The notes below the pieces were generated by a model. That model made no database searches and had not been told where the DNA came from. It worked only from the letters and a program-made list of their open reading frames with translations. From assembly GCA_036163815.1 (NCBI GenBank), contig JAYZKD010000032.1, positions 44,853 to 108,852 on the forward strand: a stretch of DNA of 64,000 bases. Reading direction: 5' to 3'. A program made the position numbers and the translations under genes. Numbering within the stretch: the first letter of the stretch is position 1; each line of letters starts with the position of its first letter. Shown here piece by piece: positions 10,243-18,799 of the stretch. The stretch is from Pseudomonadota bacterium. GTDB lineage: Bacteria; Pseudomonadota; Alphaproteobacteria; MED-G09.

Positions 10243-10379
10243 GAATATAACTTATCAGCAAACAAATTTAACCCAAGAAAAAAATCTGTGGATTAATGTG
10301 AATATCGGGGTTAAATGGGATAAACTATTAATAAATTTATATTATTTTATTTAGAATATTTTAATTCTTCTTCTTCTTC

Positions 10380-11039
10380 TTACTCTTCAGTTTCGCTAAC
10401 ATCCTCTGATTTTTCTTCTTTATCAATTTCTTCGTTAACAGATTCTGAATTTTCTTCATTCGTATCTTCCGTTCCAATATTTTCTGGAATTGCACCTTCT
10501 TCAAAAACTTCTTCAAGATCAATCGTTTCTTCTAAAGTTGTAGCCTCATCTTCAATATTAATTTCATTTCCTTTAAGTAATGATTTGGCTTCAGATTCAG
10601 TTCTTGAAACTATTAAAGCTATGGTAGCTTGTACTTCGGGGTGTAATTTAATAACTACATTATGAATTCCTAAAGTTTTAATGGGTTTATCCAATTTAAT
10701 TTGATTTTTTTCGACAATAAAACCATTATCATCTAATGAGTTCTTAATGTCATTGTTACTTACGGAACCATAAAGCTGACCAGTTTCACCAGCTTGCCTA
10801 ATAATAATAAGATTAAAATTATCCAATTTGTCTAAGATTTTTTCTGCCTCTTGTTTTTGTTCAAGGTTAATAGCTTCTAATTGAACCTTTTCTTTCTCGA
10901 AATATTCTAAATTATTTTCTGAAGCTCTTAGGGCTTTTTTTTGAGGAAGTAAATAATTTCTGGCAAAGCCATCTTTGACTTTAACAACATCACCCATTTG
11001 GCCTAATTTTTCTATGCGTTCTAATAATATTACTTCCAT
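10380..11039 (-). CDS. rplI: 50S ribosomal protein L9 with acidic C-terminal extension
   Basis: The N-terminus MEVILLERIEKLG matches L9. It sits downstream of rpsR in the S6-S18-L9 operon. The final 60 or so aa form a Glu/Asp-rich tail. Confidence 0.8.
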   Translation of the reverse strand: MEVILLERIEKLGQMGDVVKVKDGFARNYLLPQKKALRASENNLEYFEKEKVQLEAINLEQKQEAEKILDKLDNFNLIIIRQAGETGQLYGSVSNNDIKNSLDDNGFIVEKNQIKLDKPIKTLGIHNVVIKLHPEVQATIALIVSRTESEAKSLLKGNEINIEDEATTLEETIDLEEVFEEGAIPENIGTEDTNEENSESVNEEIDKEEKSEDVSETEE

Positions 11040-11041
11040 GA

Positions 11042-11302
11042 TCAATCCATTTTATATGGTAGTAATGCCATAAATCTTGCTCTTTTAACAGCTTGTGATA
11101 ACTCTCTTTGTTTTTTTGAGGAAACAGATGTCACTCTACTTGGAATAATTTTTCCTCTTTCGGATAAATATTTTTTTAATAATTTAATATCCTTATAATC
11201 AATTTTAGGTGCATTTTTTCCAGATAGGGGGCATGATTTTTTTCTTTTTAGAAAAGGACTTCTTAGAGGAATTTGAGTTATATCAGGTAGAAAATTTTTC
11301 AT
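11042..11302 (-). CDS. rpsR: 30S ribosomal protein S18
   Basis: 86 aa carrying the ...[29 protein letters not shown] signature of S18. Confidence 0.85.
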   Translation of the reverse strand: MKNFLPDITQIPLRSPFLKRKKSCPLSGKNAPKIDYKDIKLLKKYLSERGKIIPSRVTSVSSKKQRELSQAVKRARFMALLPYKMD

Positions 11303-11316
11303 TGTTTTACTCTAAA

Positions 11317-11658
11317 TTAATACACATCTTTTTTTTCGGAAGATTTTAACATAACAGATGGTTCATCAGAAATTTCGCTTGTCTTAATAGTTATATAACG
11401 AAGAATATCTTCATTAAGCTTTTGAACTCTCTCAATTTCCTTTATTGTGTCATTATTACCATCAATTCTTAAAAGTGAGTAATGTCCTTTCTCGCTCTTA
11501 TTTATTTTATAGGCTAATCTTCGTAAGCCCCAATATTCTGTATAAATGGTTTTTCCGCCTTCATTAGATACAATTTTTTTTATATCCTCTACTACATTTT
11601 CTACTTGTTGTGGAGCAACTTCTGGCCTAGCTATAAATACATGCTCGTAATACGACAT
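11317..11658 (-). CDS. rpsF: 30S ribosomal protein S6
   Basis: 113 aa beginning MSYYEHVFIARPEV, the S6 N-terminus, and first in the operon. Confidence 0.85.
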   Translation of the reverse strand: MSYYEHVFIARPEVAPQQVENVVEDIKKIVSNEGGKTIYTEYWGLRRLAYKINKSEKGHYSLLRIDGNNDTIKEIERVQKLNEDILRYITIKTSEISDEPSVMLKSSEKKDVY

Positions 11659-11791
11659 ACTTCCTCTTTTGTTAGTTAATTTATTATCTCTAAAAACTAA
11701 ATTAAAGCATTGATTTACTGTATTAGAGATAAATTTGCAAGCTTGTAATTAAGTTCTGTGTTATTCATTATTGTGTTTTTTGGAGTTTTTA

Positions 11792-12736
11792 ATGAAAGCC
11801 ATAGTATTTCCAGGACAAGGAAGCCAATTTGTTGGTATGGGCAAGGACTTATTTGATAATTTTCCTGAAACAAAAATAATTTTTGAAGAGGTTGATGAAG
11901 CATTAAATCAGAAATTATCTGATATAATTTTTAACGGTCCCGACGAAGAATTAATGCTCACAGAAAATACTCAGCCAGCAATAATGTTAATTGGCATGAT
12001 TATTATTGAAATTTTAAAGAAAAGGAATTTTAAAGTACAAGATTTTGCAGATATAGCAGCTGGTCATTCTTTAGGTGAATACACAGCTTTAGCAGCTCTA
12101 GAAGGCTTAACTTTATCTCAAACTGCAAGGTTGCTAAAAATCAGAGGGAAAGCTATGCAAGAATCTTTTCCAAAGAGTAAGGGCGCTATGGCAGCAATAA
12201 TAGGGCTAAATTTTGATGAAATAGAGGAAGTCCTATCCGAAAAAAAATACAAAAATGTTTGCCAGATTGCTAATGATAATGCTCCTGGACAAGTTGTTAT
12301 TTCAGGTGAAATAGAGTCTGTTGAAAAAGTTATTGAATCTTTGAAATCTAAAGGGGCAAAAAAAGTTATAAAATTACCTGTTAGTGCGCCTTTTCATTGT
12401 GATCTTATGAAGCCTGCAAAAGAAACTATGAGAAATGAATTGGAAAATACAGAATTTGGTGATCTTTTGATCCCTATAATACAAAATGTAAGTTTAGATC
12501 TTACAACAGATTCAGATGCCATAAAAGAAAATTTGGTTAAACAGGTTACCGGAACTGTTAGATGGAGAGAGACAATGAATAAATTTGTTGAGCATGGTGT
12601 AACTAAGGTTATCGAAATTGGAGCAGGAAATGTGTTAACAAATCTATCTAAAAGAAATGCACCTAACTTGCAAAGAGTTACTCTGAATAGTAAAGAGAGT
12701 TTAGAAATTTTTATTGAGGGTATAGATAGTGTTTGA
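11792..12736 (+). CDS. fabD: Malonyl CoA-ACP transacylase
   Basis: MKAIVFPGQGSQ start with the GHSLGE active-site serine motif. The ORF track begins 7 codons earlier. Confidence 0.9.
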   Translation: MKAIVFPGQGSQFVGMGKDLFDNFPETKIIFEEVDEALNQKLSDIIFNGPDEELMLTENTQPAIMLIGMIIIEILKKRNFKVQDFADIAAGHSLGEYTALAALEGLTLSQTARLLKIRGKAMQESFPKSKGAMAAIIGLNFDEIEEVLSEKKYKNVCQIANDNAPGQVVISGEIESVEKVIESLKSKGAKKVIKLPVSAPFHCDLMKPAKETMRNELENTEFGDLLIPIIQNVSLDLTTDSDAIKENLVKQVTGTVRWRETMNKFVEHGVTKVIEIGAGNVLTNLSKRNAPNLQRVTLNSKESLEIFIEGIDSV

Positions 12737-13466
12737 TCTAAAAGGAAAGAAGGCATTAATTACTGGCGCAAGCGGTGGGATTGGAAAAGAAATTGCTAAA
12801 ACTCTTGATGGCTATGGTGCAGAAATTTGTATTTCTGGAAGAAACACAGAAGAGCTAGATTTATTAAACGATACAATTAATCAAGATTGTAAAATTATTA
12901 CATGTGATTTAACTAAAGATCAGGATATAAAGAATTTAGTAGAAGGGGCTCAAGAAAGCTTAGGCCAAATAGACATTCTTGTTAATAATGCTGGAATAAC
13001 TAAGGATAATATTTTCTTAAGAATGTCTGATGAAGAGTGGAATCAGGTTCTGCAGGTTAATCTTTACTCAACCTTTAAAATCTTAAAACTTGTTACTAAA
13101 GGTATGGTCAAAAGAAAATATGGTAGGATAATCAATATAACTTCCGTTGTAGGTGTAACTGGAGGCCCGGGGCAAGTTAACTATTCATCCTCCAAAGCAG
13201 GATTAATAGGGATGACTAAATCATTATCTCAAGAACTTGCAAGCAGAAATATAACAGTTAATTGTATTGCTCCAGGATTTATTGATACTCCAATGACATC
13301 AGATCTTGATGAAAATAGAAAAGGAAAAGTTTTGGAATCTATTCCAGCTAATAGATTTGGTTCTCCAAAAGATTTATCTACTGCTATTCTTTTTTTAGCA
13401 AGCGAAGAATCAAGTTATATAACTGGTCAAACTATACATATTAATGGCGGTTTATATATGAATTAA
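12729..13466 (+). CDS. fabG: 3-oxoacyl-ACP reductase
   Basis: TGASGGIGKEIA cofactor motif, NAG, and the YxxxK catalytic motif (YSSSKAG) over 245 aa, placed between fabD and acpP. Confidence 0.9.
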   Translation: MFDLKGKKALITGASGGIGKEIAKTLDGYGAEICISGRNTEELDLLNDTINQDCKIITCDLTKDQDIKNLVEGAQESLGQIDILVNNAGITKDNIFLRMSDEEWNQVLQVNLYSTFKILKLVTKGMVKRKYGRIINITSVVGVTGGPGQVNYSSSKAGLIGMTKSLSQELASRNITVNCIAPGFIDTPMTSDLDENRKGKVLESIPANRFGSPKDLSTAILFLASEESSYITGQTIHINGGLYMN

Positions 13467-13552
13467 ATGAGTTAGTTGAATATCTTTTAATGATGTGCTA
13501 AAGCGCATATGTTTTAATGAAAATATTCTGTTAACAAAAATAAGAGGGTAAA

Positions 13553-13789
13553 ATGAGTGATACATTAGAAAAAGTTCAGGCAATAGTTGTAGAACACTTG
13601 GGTGTAGAAAACAATAAAGTAACTGAGGCAGCAAGTTTTATTGATGATCTTGGGGCAGATAGTTTAGATACCGTAGAATTAGTTATGGCTTTTGAAGAAG
13701 AATTTGGTATTGAAATACCCGATGATGCCGCAGAAAGTATTCAAACAGTTGGCGATGCTGTTAACTTTATAAATTCCAACACTTCCTAA
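13553..13789 (+). CDS. acpP: Acyl carrier protein
   Basis: 78 aa with the DLGADSLD phosphopantetheine-attachment motif. Confidence 0.92.
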   Translation: MSDTLEKVQAIVVEHLGVENNKVTEAASFIDDLGADSLDTVELVMAFEEEFGIEIPDDAAESIQTVGDAVNFINSNTS

Positions 13790-13820
13790 TTAATACTCTG
13801 CAATAATATTAGGATAAAAT

Positions 13821-15095
13821 TTGCGAAGAATTGTAGTTACAGGAATGGGAGCTGTAACACCCTTAGGGGGTGATTTAAACTCTTCCTGGGAAAACCTAAT
13901 TAACAATAAGTCTGGAGCTAGCTTAATAAGTAAATTTGATACCAATCAGTATCAAGCTAAAGTAGCTTGTGAGGTACCAATTTATAATGAGCAAAAAACA
14001 ACCCAAAATCTCTTTAATCCTAATGATTGGTTTTCAGATAAAGAACTTAGAAAAATAGATGACTTTATAGTATTTGGCGTTGCTGCTGCCGAAATGGCTC
14101 TTTTGGATTCTTCATTATCAAAAAGTGATATAGATCCATATAGGGTTGGAGTAGGTGTTGGTTCTGGCGTTGGTGGTCTTCCAAGTATTGAAAAAGCCTC
14201 TTTAATTTTAAAGGAAAAAGGACCCAAACGAGTTAGCCCTTTCTTTATTCCTGGAGCCTTAATTAATTTAGTTGCTGGTCAGATATCAATAAGAAATAAT
14301 TTAAAGGGCCCTAATTTAGCTTCAGTCACAGCATGTTCTTCAGGAACTCATTCTATTTGTGAGGGTGCTGAAATGATAAAACAAAATAAAGCTGACATTA
14401 TGGTGGTTGGTGGAGCAGAATCAGCTATTTGTCCTGTTGGAATAGCCGGTTTTGCAGCATGTAAAGCATTAAGTACTAGTTTTAATGATCAACCTAAAAA
14501 AGCTTCTAGACCCTATGATAGATTGAGAGATGGATTTGTTATGGGTGAAGGTGCTGGTTTTTTAGTTTTAGAAGAATTAGAGCATGCTCTTTCCAGAGGA
14601 GCAAATATTTATGCAGAGTTTAATGGATACGGTGTTTCAGGAGATGCACATCATATTACATCTCCAGCTGAGGATGGTGATGGTGCATATAGATCAATGA
14701 TAATGGCTATTGAAGATTCTCAAATGGCAGTTGACGATTTTTCATATATCAATGCTCACGGTACCTCTACTCCCAAAGGGGATGAAATTGAATTAAAGGC
14801 TGTTGAAAAAGCTTTTTCTGCAAATTTAGATGGCATATCTATGTCTTCCACAAAATCTTCTATAGGGCATCTTTTAGGAGCTGCTGGAGCTGTAGAAGCG
14901 ATCTTTAGCGTGCTTTCAATTAAAAATAATACTATTCCTGCTACAATAAACCTTGATGATTTATCTATTGATACTAAAATTGATCTTGTGCCACATAAAA
15001 GTAAAAGTAAAAATGTTGATGTTGTTTTATCTAACTCATTTGGATTTGGAGGAACAAATGCTTCAGTTGTTTTTTCTACATACAGAGAGAATTAA
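13821..15095 (+). CDS. fabF: 3-oxoacyl-ACP synthase II
   Basis: KAS II fold with active-site Cys (ACSSGTH) and the His/His motifs. It uses a TTG start codon at 13821. Confidence 0.9.
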   Translation: MRRIVVTGMGAVTPLGGDLNSSWENLINNKSGASLISKFDTNQYQAKVACEVPIYNEQKTTQNLFNPNDWFSDKELRKIDDFIVFGVAAAEMALLDSSLSKSDIDPYRVGVGVGSGVGGLPSIEKASLILKEKGPKRVSPFFIPGALINLVAGQISIRNNLKGPNLASVTACSSGTHSICEGAEMIKQNKADIMVVGGAESAICPVGIAGFAACKALSTSFNDQPKKASRPYDRLRDGFVMGEGAGFLVLEELEHALSRGANIYAEFNGYGVSGDAHHITSPAEDGDGAYRSMIMAIEDSQMAVDDFSYINAHGTSTPKGDEIELKAVEKAFSANLDGISMSSTKSSIGHLLGAAGAVEAIFSVLSIKNNTIPATINLDDLSIDTKIDLVPHKSKSKNVDVVLSNSFGFGGTNASVVFSTYREN

Positions 15096-15739
15096 TGGAA
15101 ATTGATAATAAAAAAACTAATAGAAAAGGATTAATGTTTGTTCTTTCATCTCCATCAGGTGCTGGAAAAACTTCATTATCAAAAAAAATTTTAGAACTTG
15201 ATGATGAAATATTTCTTTCAGTTTCATATACCACTAGACCATCTAGACCGGGAGAAACTGACGGAAAAGATTATTTTTTTGTTGATAATAAAATTTTCGG
15301 CGATATGAGAGATAATAATGAATTTATAGAATATGCAAAGGTTTTTGATTACTATTATGGAACCCCTAGGCAACCGGTTAATGATAAATTAATAAAAGGT
15401 AAGGATGTGTTATTTGATATTGATTGGCAAGGAACACAGCAATTAATGAATCAATCTAAAGATGATTTAGTGAAAGTTTTTGTTCTGCCTCCTTCTATCG
15501 AAGAATTAGAAAGAAGGCTGAAAGAAAGGAATCAGGATAACGAAGGAACTATTCAGAAAAGAATGTCGAGGGCTTCTGATGAAATGAGTCATTATGCCGA
15601 ATATGATTACATTTTGGTTAATGAAGATTTTGATAAAACAATCAAGAAAATTTTATCAATCTTACAAGCCGAAAGATTAAAACATCATAGACAGATTAAA
15701 ACCCAAAAGATTGTTAAAGATTTAAGAAGTTCTTTATGA
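15095..15739 (+). CDS. gmk: Guanylate kinase
   Basis: P-loop SSPSGAGKTS and the guanylate kinase fold over 214 aa. Confidence 0.85.
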   Translation: MEIDNKKTNRKGLMFVLSSPSGAGKTSLSKKILELDDEIFLSVSYTTRPSRPGETDGKDYFFVDNKIFGDMRDNNEFIEYAKVFDYYYGTPRQPVNDKLIKGKDVLFDIDWQGTQQLMNQSKDDLVKVFVLPPSIEELERRLKERNQDNEGTIQKRMSRASDEMSHYAEYDYILVNEDFDKTIKKILSILQAERLKHHRQIKTQKIVKDLRSSL

Positions 15740-16570
15740 AGTTATCTTTTCGTAAAGATTAGCGATTCTACAAAAATCTTCAATCTCTATATTTTCTGCT
15801 CTTTCAGAAGGGTTGATTTTTGCTAAATCCAACAAATTATTTGTATCTATGTTGAGTTGATCTAAATTATTTTTAATAGTTTTTCTTTTATGGCTAAAAC
15901 TTAATTTTATTATCTTTTCTAAAGTTTCATGTCTTGCATCAGGATATTTCATTAAAGGTGTTATCCTTATTAAGGAAGAGTCCACCTTTGGTTTAGGTAT
16001 AAATGATGAAGGTTTAACATTAAATATTCTCTCTATTTTATTTTTCCACCCCATTATTACAGAAATTCTTCCATAGTTTTTAGCCCCTTTAACTGCTAAA
16101 AGCCTATCTGCAACTTCTTTTTGCACCATCAAAATCATTTCTTTCCAGATCAATCTGTAATTTTCTTTATTCATCTTCAGGATGAATGGAACTGATATAT
16201 TATAGGGAAGATTGGAGATAATTTTAAAATTATTAATCCTATTTTTATCAAAATTGTAGTCTAAGATATCAGCAAAAATATAACTAAATCTCTTTTCATA
16301 CTTTTTTTTAATTTCTGATAATTTTTTCTCAAAACTATCATCTTTCTCAATTGATAGGACTAAGTTTGCTCCTTTCATTAACATCAATTCAGTTAAAATT
16401 GCAGGTCCAGGACCAACCTCAAGTATGTTTTCCCCTTTTATTTTTGCTTCTTTAATTATTGATTCGATAATATTTTTGTCATGAAGAAAATTCTGGCCTA
16501 ATTTCTTTTTTGGCCGAAAATCATATTCATCCAGGATATTTTTTAAAGAAAGTTTATTGTTGATATTCAT
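15734..16570 (-). CDS. rsmA: 16S rRNA (adenine1518/1519-N6)-dimethyltransferase RsmA/KsgA
   Basis: GQNFL motif, SAM-binding VGPGPAILT, and NLPYNIS over 278 aa. It lies downstream of pdxA as in the surA-pdxA-ksgA cluster. Confidence 0.85.
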   Translation of the reverse strand: MNINNKLSLKNILDEYDFRPKKKLGQNFLHDKNIIESIIKEAKIKGENILEVGPGPAILTELMLMKGANLVLSIEKDDSFEKKLSEIKKKYEKRFSYIFADILDYNFDKNRINNFKIISNLPYNISVPFILKMNKENYRLIWKEMILMVQKEVADRLLAVKGAKNYGRISVIMGWKNKIERIFNVKPSSFIPKPKVDSSLIRITPLMKYPDARHETLEKIIKLSFSHKRKTIKNNLDQLNIDTNNLLDLAKINPSERAENIEIEDFCRIANLYEKITS

Positions 16571-17555
16571 TTTTTATTCTTTGATCAGAAATCTTCTTAG
16601 CATATTTAATGGCATTAATGAGACTTTGATTATTTGCTTCTTTCTTTCCAACAATATCAAAAGCTGTTCCATGATCTGGAGATGTTCTTACAAAGGGTAG
16701 TCCAGCAGTATAATTAATTGATCCATAAAAATCTGATGACTTAATTGGAATTAATGCTTGATCATGGTACATACATAAAATTCCATCTATACCCTTAAGT
16801 GCTTCATTATGGAACATGGTGTCCGCAGATTTTGGCCCTTTGATTTTAAGACCTTTTTTTTCTAATTTCTTGATTACAGGTTTAATTATATTGAGCTCTT
16901 CTTTACCAAGTTCACCATTCTCTCCATTATGAGGGTTTAGTGAGCTTACTGCAATCTTAGGATCTGAGATACCAAAATCAAATTCAAGAGATCTAAGATA
17001 TATATTTAATGCTTTATCTAAGCTTTTTTTTGTAATTTTTTTATTTACTTCCGATAAAGGAATATGGGTAGTAAGAGGTGCGACTTTTAATTTCTTATTA
17101 AGCATTATCATTAAAGGTTTTCTTTTGGACACTTTACCAAGGTAATCAGTATGTCCTGCATAATTAAACCCATACTTTAATAGAGTCTTCTTCATTATTG
17201 GTAAGGTTACTAAACCGGCAACCCTTCTTTTTTTTGCTAATTTTATTGCGGTATTTAAAGATTCTAAGATTGCAGGTACATTTTCAGTATATGATTTCTT
17301 AAAACCAAATTTAACATTGTTTTTGATTGGCAAGATATTTATATAATTTTTCTTACAATCATTTACATCATGAATAATATTTATCTTATTTTTTAATTTT
17401 AACTCTTTTATGCATTTTATAACCCAAACTGGATTAGATATAAGAAAGAATTTAGGTAGATTTTTTTTACCTACACAATTTAAGATTATTTCGATATTTA
17501 TACCGCCTGGTTCACCCATAGAAATTGCAATAGGTAAATTTTTTTTTTGTGTCAT
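16554..17555 (-). CDS. pdxA: 4-hydroxythreonine-4-phosphate dehydrogenase
   Basis: PdxA family at 333 aa (GEPGGI, HTDYLG, SPDHGTAFDI motifs), between surA and rsmA. Confidence 0.8.
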   Translation of the reverse strand: MTQKKNLPIAISMGEPGGINIEIILNCVGKKNLPKFFLISNPVWVIKCIKELKLKNKINIIHDVNDCKKNYINILPIKNNVKFGFKKSYTENVPAILESLNTAIKLAKKRRVAGLVTLPIMKKTLLKYGFNYAGHTDYLGKVSKRKPLMIMLNKKLKVAPLTTHIPLSEVNKKITKKSLDKALNIYLRSLEFDFGISDPKIAVSSLNPHNGENGELGKEELNIIKPVIKKLEKKGLKIKGPKSADTMFHNEALKGIDGILCMYHDQALIPIKSSDFYGSINYTAGLPFVRTSPDHGTAFDIVGKKEANNQSLINAIKYAKKISDQRIKNEYQQ

Positions 17556-18796
17556 TATCGATACTCAATAACAGCATCACGCCTTAGATCTCTAAGGTAT
17601 CTTCTGGACATCATTCCAATTTTTTGAGCATAAATGTTTTCTTCTATAGCTTCTCTAGATATTTGTAGTCCAATGTCATCTTTTCTGTCACAGATTAGAA
17701 TTACATTGATATTTTCGCCTATAATTCTGGGGCTTAAAGTGTCGCCAGCTTCTTTATTAAGTAATTCGTCACGAAGGTTTTCAGGGAGATCGCTTAATAT
17801 TCTCTTACCAATATAATTAACTTCCTTTTCATTATATTTATCTGTTAATTTATCAATCCTTTTACATGAAACAAAATCTTTGGAAAAACTTTCAGCTTCC
17901 ATTTTTTGATCTTTCTCGAATATAACTGAGACAAGGTCATATTGGTTTCTTAAGGGATTCTTTCCTCCCGCCTTAGTTTTATCATTTAGTTTAATTATAA
18001 AAAATCCCGCAACAGTATTAATAGGGTTAGAAATTTCATCTTTTTGTAGTTTTCTTAATGAATCTATTATTTCATCATCTAATTGACCTTCTGTGACCCA
18101 ACCTATGTACCCTCCTTGGCCAGAAGATGCAGTTTGGCTAAATTGCTGAGCTACTGCAGAGAAAGTTGCCCCCGATCTTAACTGTTCTACTAATCTATTA
18201 GCAAGAATATTAGCCTCTTGTTCCTCCTGCTCATTTTCATAGCTGATAAAAATTTCTGAAATATCATATTGGTCTTTTCCGATGCTTTCCATTGTTCTGT
18301 CATAAACTATAGATACTTCATCTTCGTTAACATTTATGTAAGACCCATATCTTCCTCTTACAATTTTGTTCCACAGTAATTCAGCTTTAATTTGATTAAG
18401 TAATGTTTCAGCTTTTACCCCTTGAGAATTTATTTGCTGCAGAATTTCTTGTCCTGACATTTGGTTTCCGTTAGCTATTCTCTCAAGCATAAGATTTACT
18501 TCGTCATCTGACGACGGGACATCTAGCTTAATTGCTTCCTGAAGTTGAATTTTTTCATTAACAAGAGATCTTAAGGCTTGTGTTTCTAATCTATTTATAT
18601 TTTCTTGAGTGGGTTTTATTCCTGAAGTTGAAACTATCAACTGGACTCTTTGTTGAACATCATATCTAGATATAACTTCATCATTAACAATTGCTGAAAT
18701 GGCTTGTATATCTTGAGCAATTAACTTTGAAGGTATGAATATAGAAAATAAGAATAGAAAAACAAATACATTAATATTTTTTGATATTATTTTCAT
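17555..18796 (-). CDS. surA: Periplasmic chaperone/peptidyl-prolyl isomerase SurA
   Basis: Signal peptide, SurA N-terminal domain, and a parvulin PPIase domain (GGYIGWV). Position is immediately downstream of lptD. Confidence 0.75.
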   Translation of the reverse strand: MKIISKNINVFVFLFLFSIFIPSKLIAQDIQAISAIVNDEVISRYDVQQRVQLIVSTSGIKPTQENINRLETQALRSLVNEKIQLQEAIKLDVPSSDDEVNLMLERIANGNQMSGQEILQQINSQGVKAETLLNQIKAELLWNKIVRGRYGSYINVNEDEVSIVYDRTMESIGKDQYDISEIFISYENEQEEQEANILANRLVEQLRSGATFSAVAQQFSQTASSGQGGYIGWVTEGQLDDEIIDSLRKLQKDEISNPINTVAGFFIIKLNDKTKAGGKNPLRNQYDLVSVIFEKDQKMEAESFSKDFVSCKRIDKLTDKYNEKEVNYIGKRILSDLPENLRDELLNKEAGDTLSPRIIGENINVILICDRKDDIGLQISREAIEENIYAQKIGMMSRRYLRDLRRDAVIEYR

Positions 18797-18799
18797 TTT

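Noticed and set aside
10285-10300. DnaA-box-like TGTGGATTA between dnaB and rplI.
   Set aside because: It is a single 8/9 match in AT-rich DNA with no cluster of boxes or AT-rich DUE nearby. hdaA is present elsewhere, but an origin would need multiple boxes, and this spacer is only 137 bp between two essential genes.
10366-10380. (CTT)5 microsatellite immediately 3' of the rplI stop codon.
   Set aside because: It is a short trinucleotide run adjacent to the Glu-rich coding tail. It most likely reflects local slippage or composition with no hairpin, and no function is inferable.
13467-13552. Imperfect palindrome ATGTGC-taaa-GCGCAT in the fabG-acpP spacer.
   Set aside because: It has one mismatch and a very short stem. 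acpP commonly has its own promoter here, and the motif is too weak to call an operator or attenuator.
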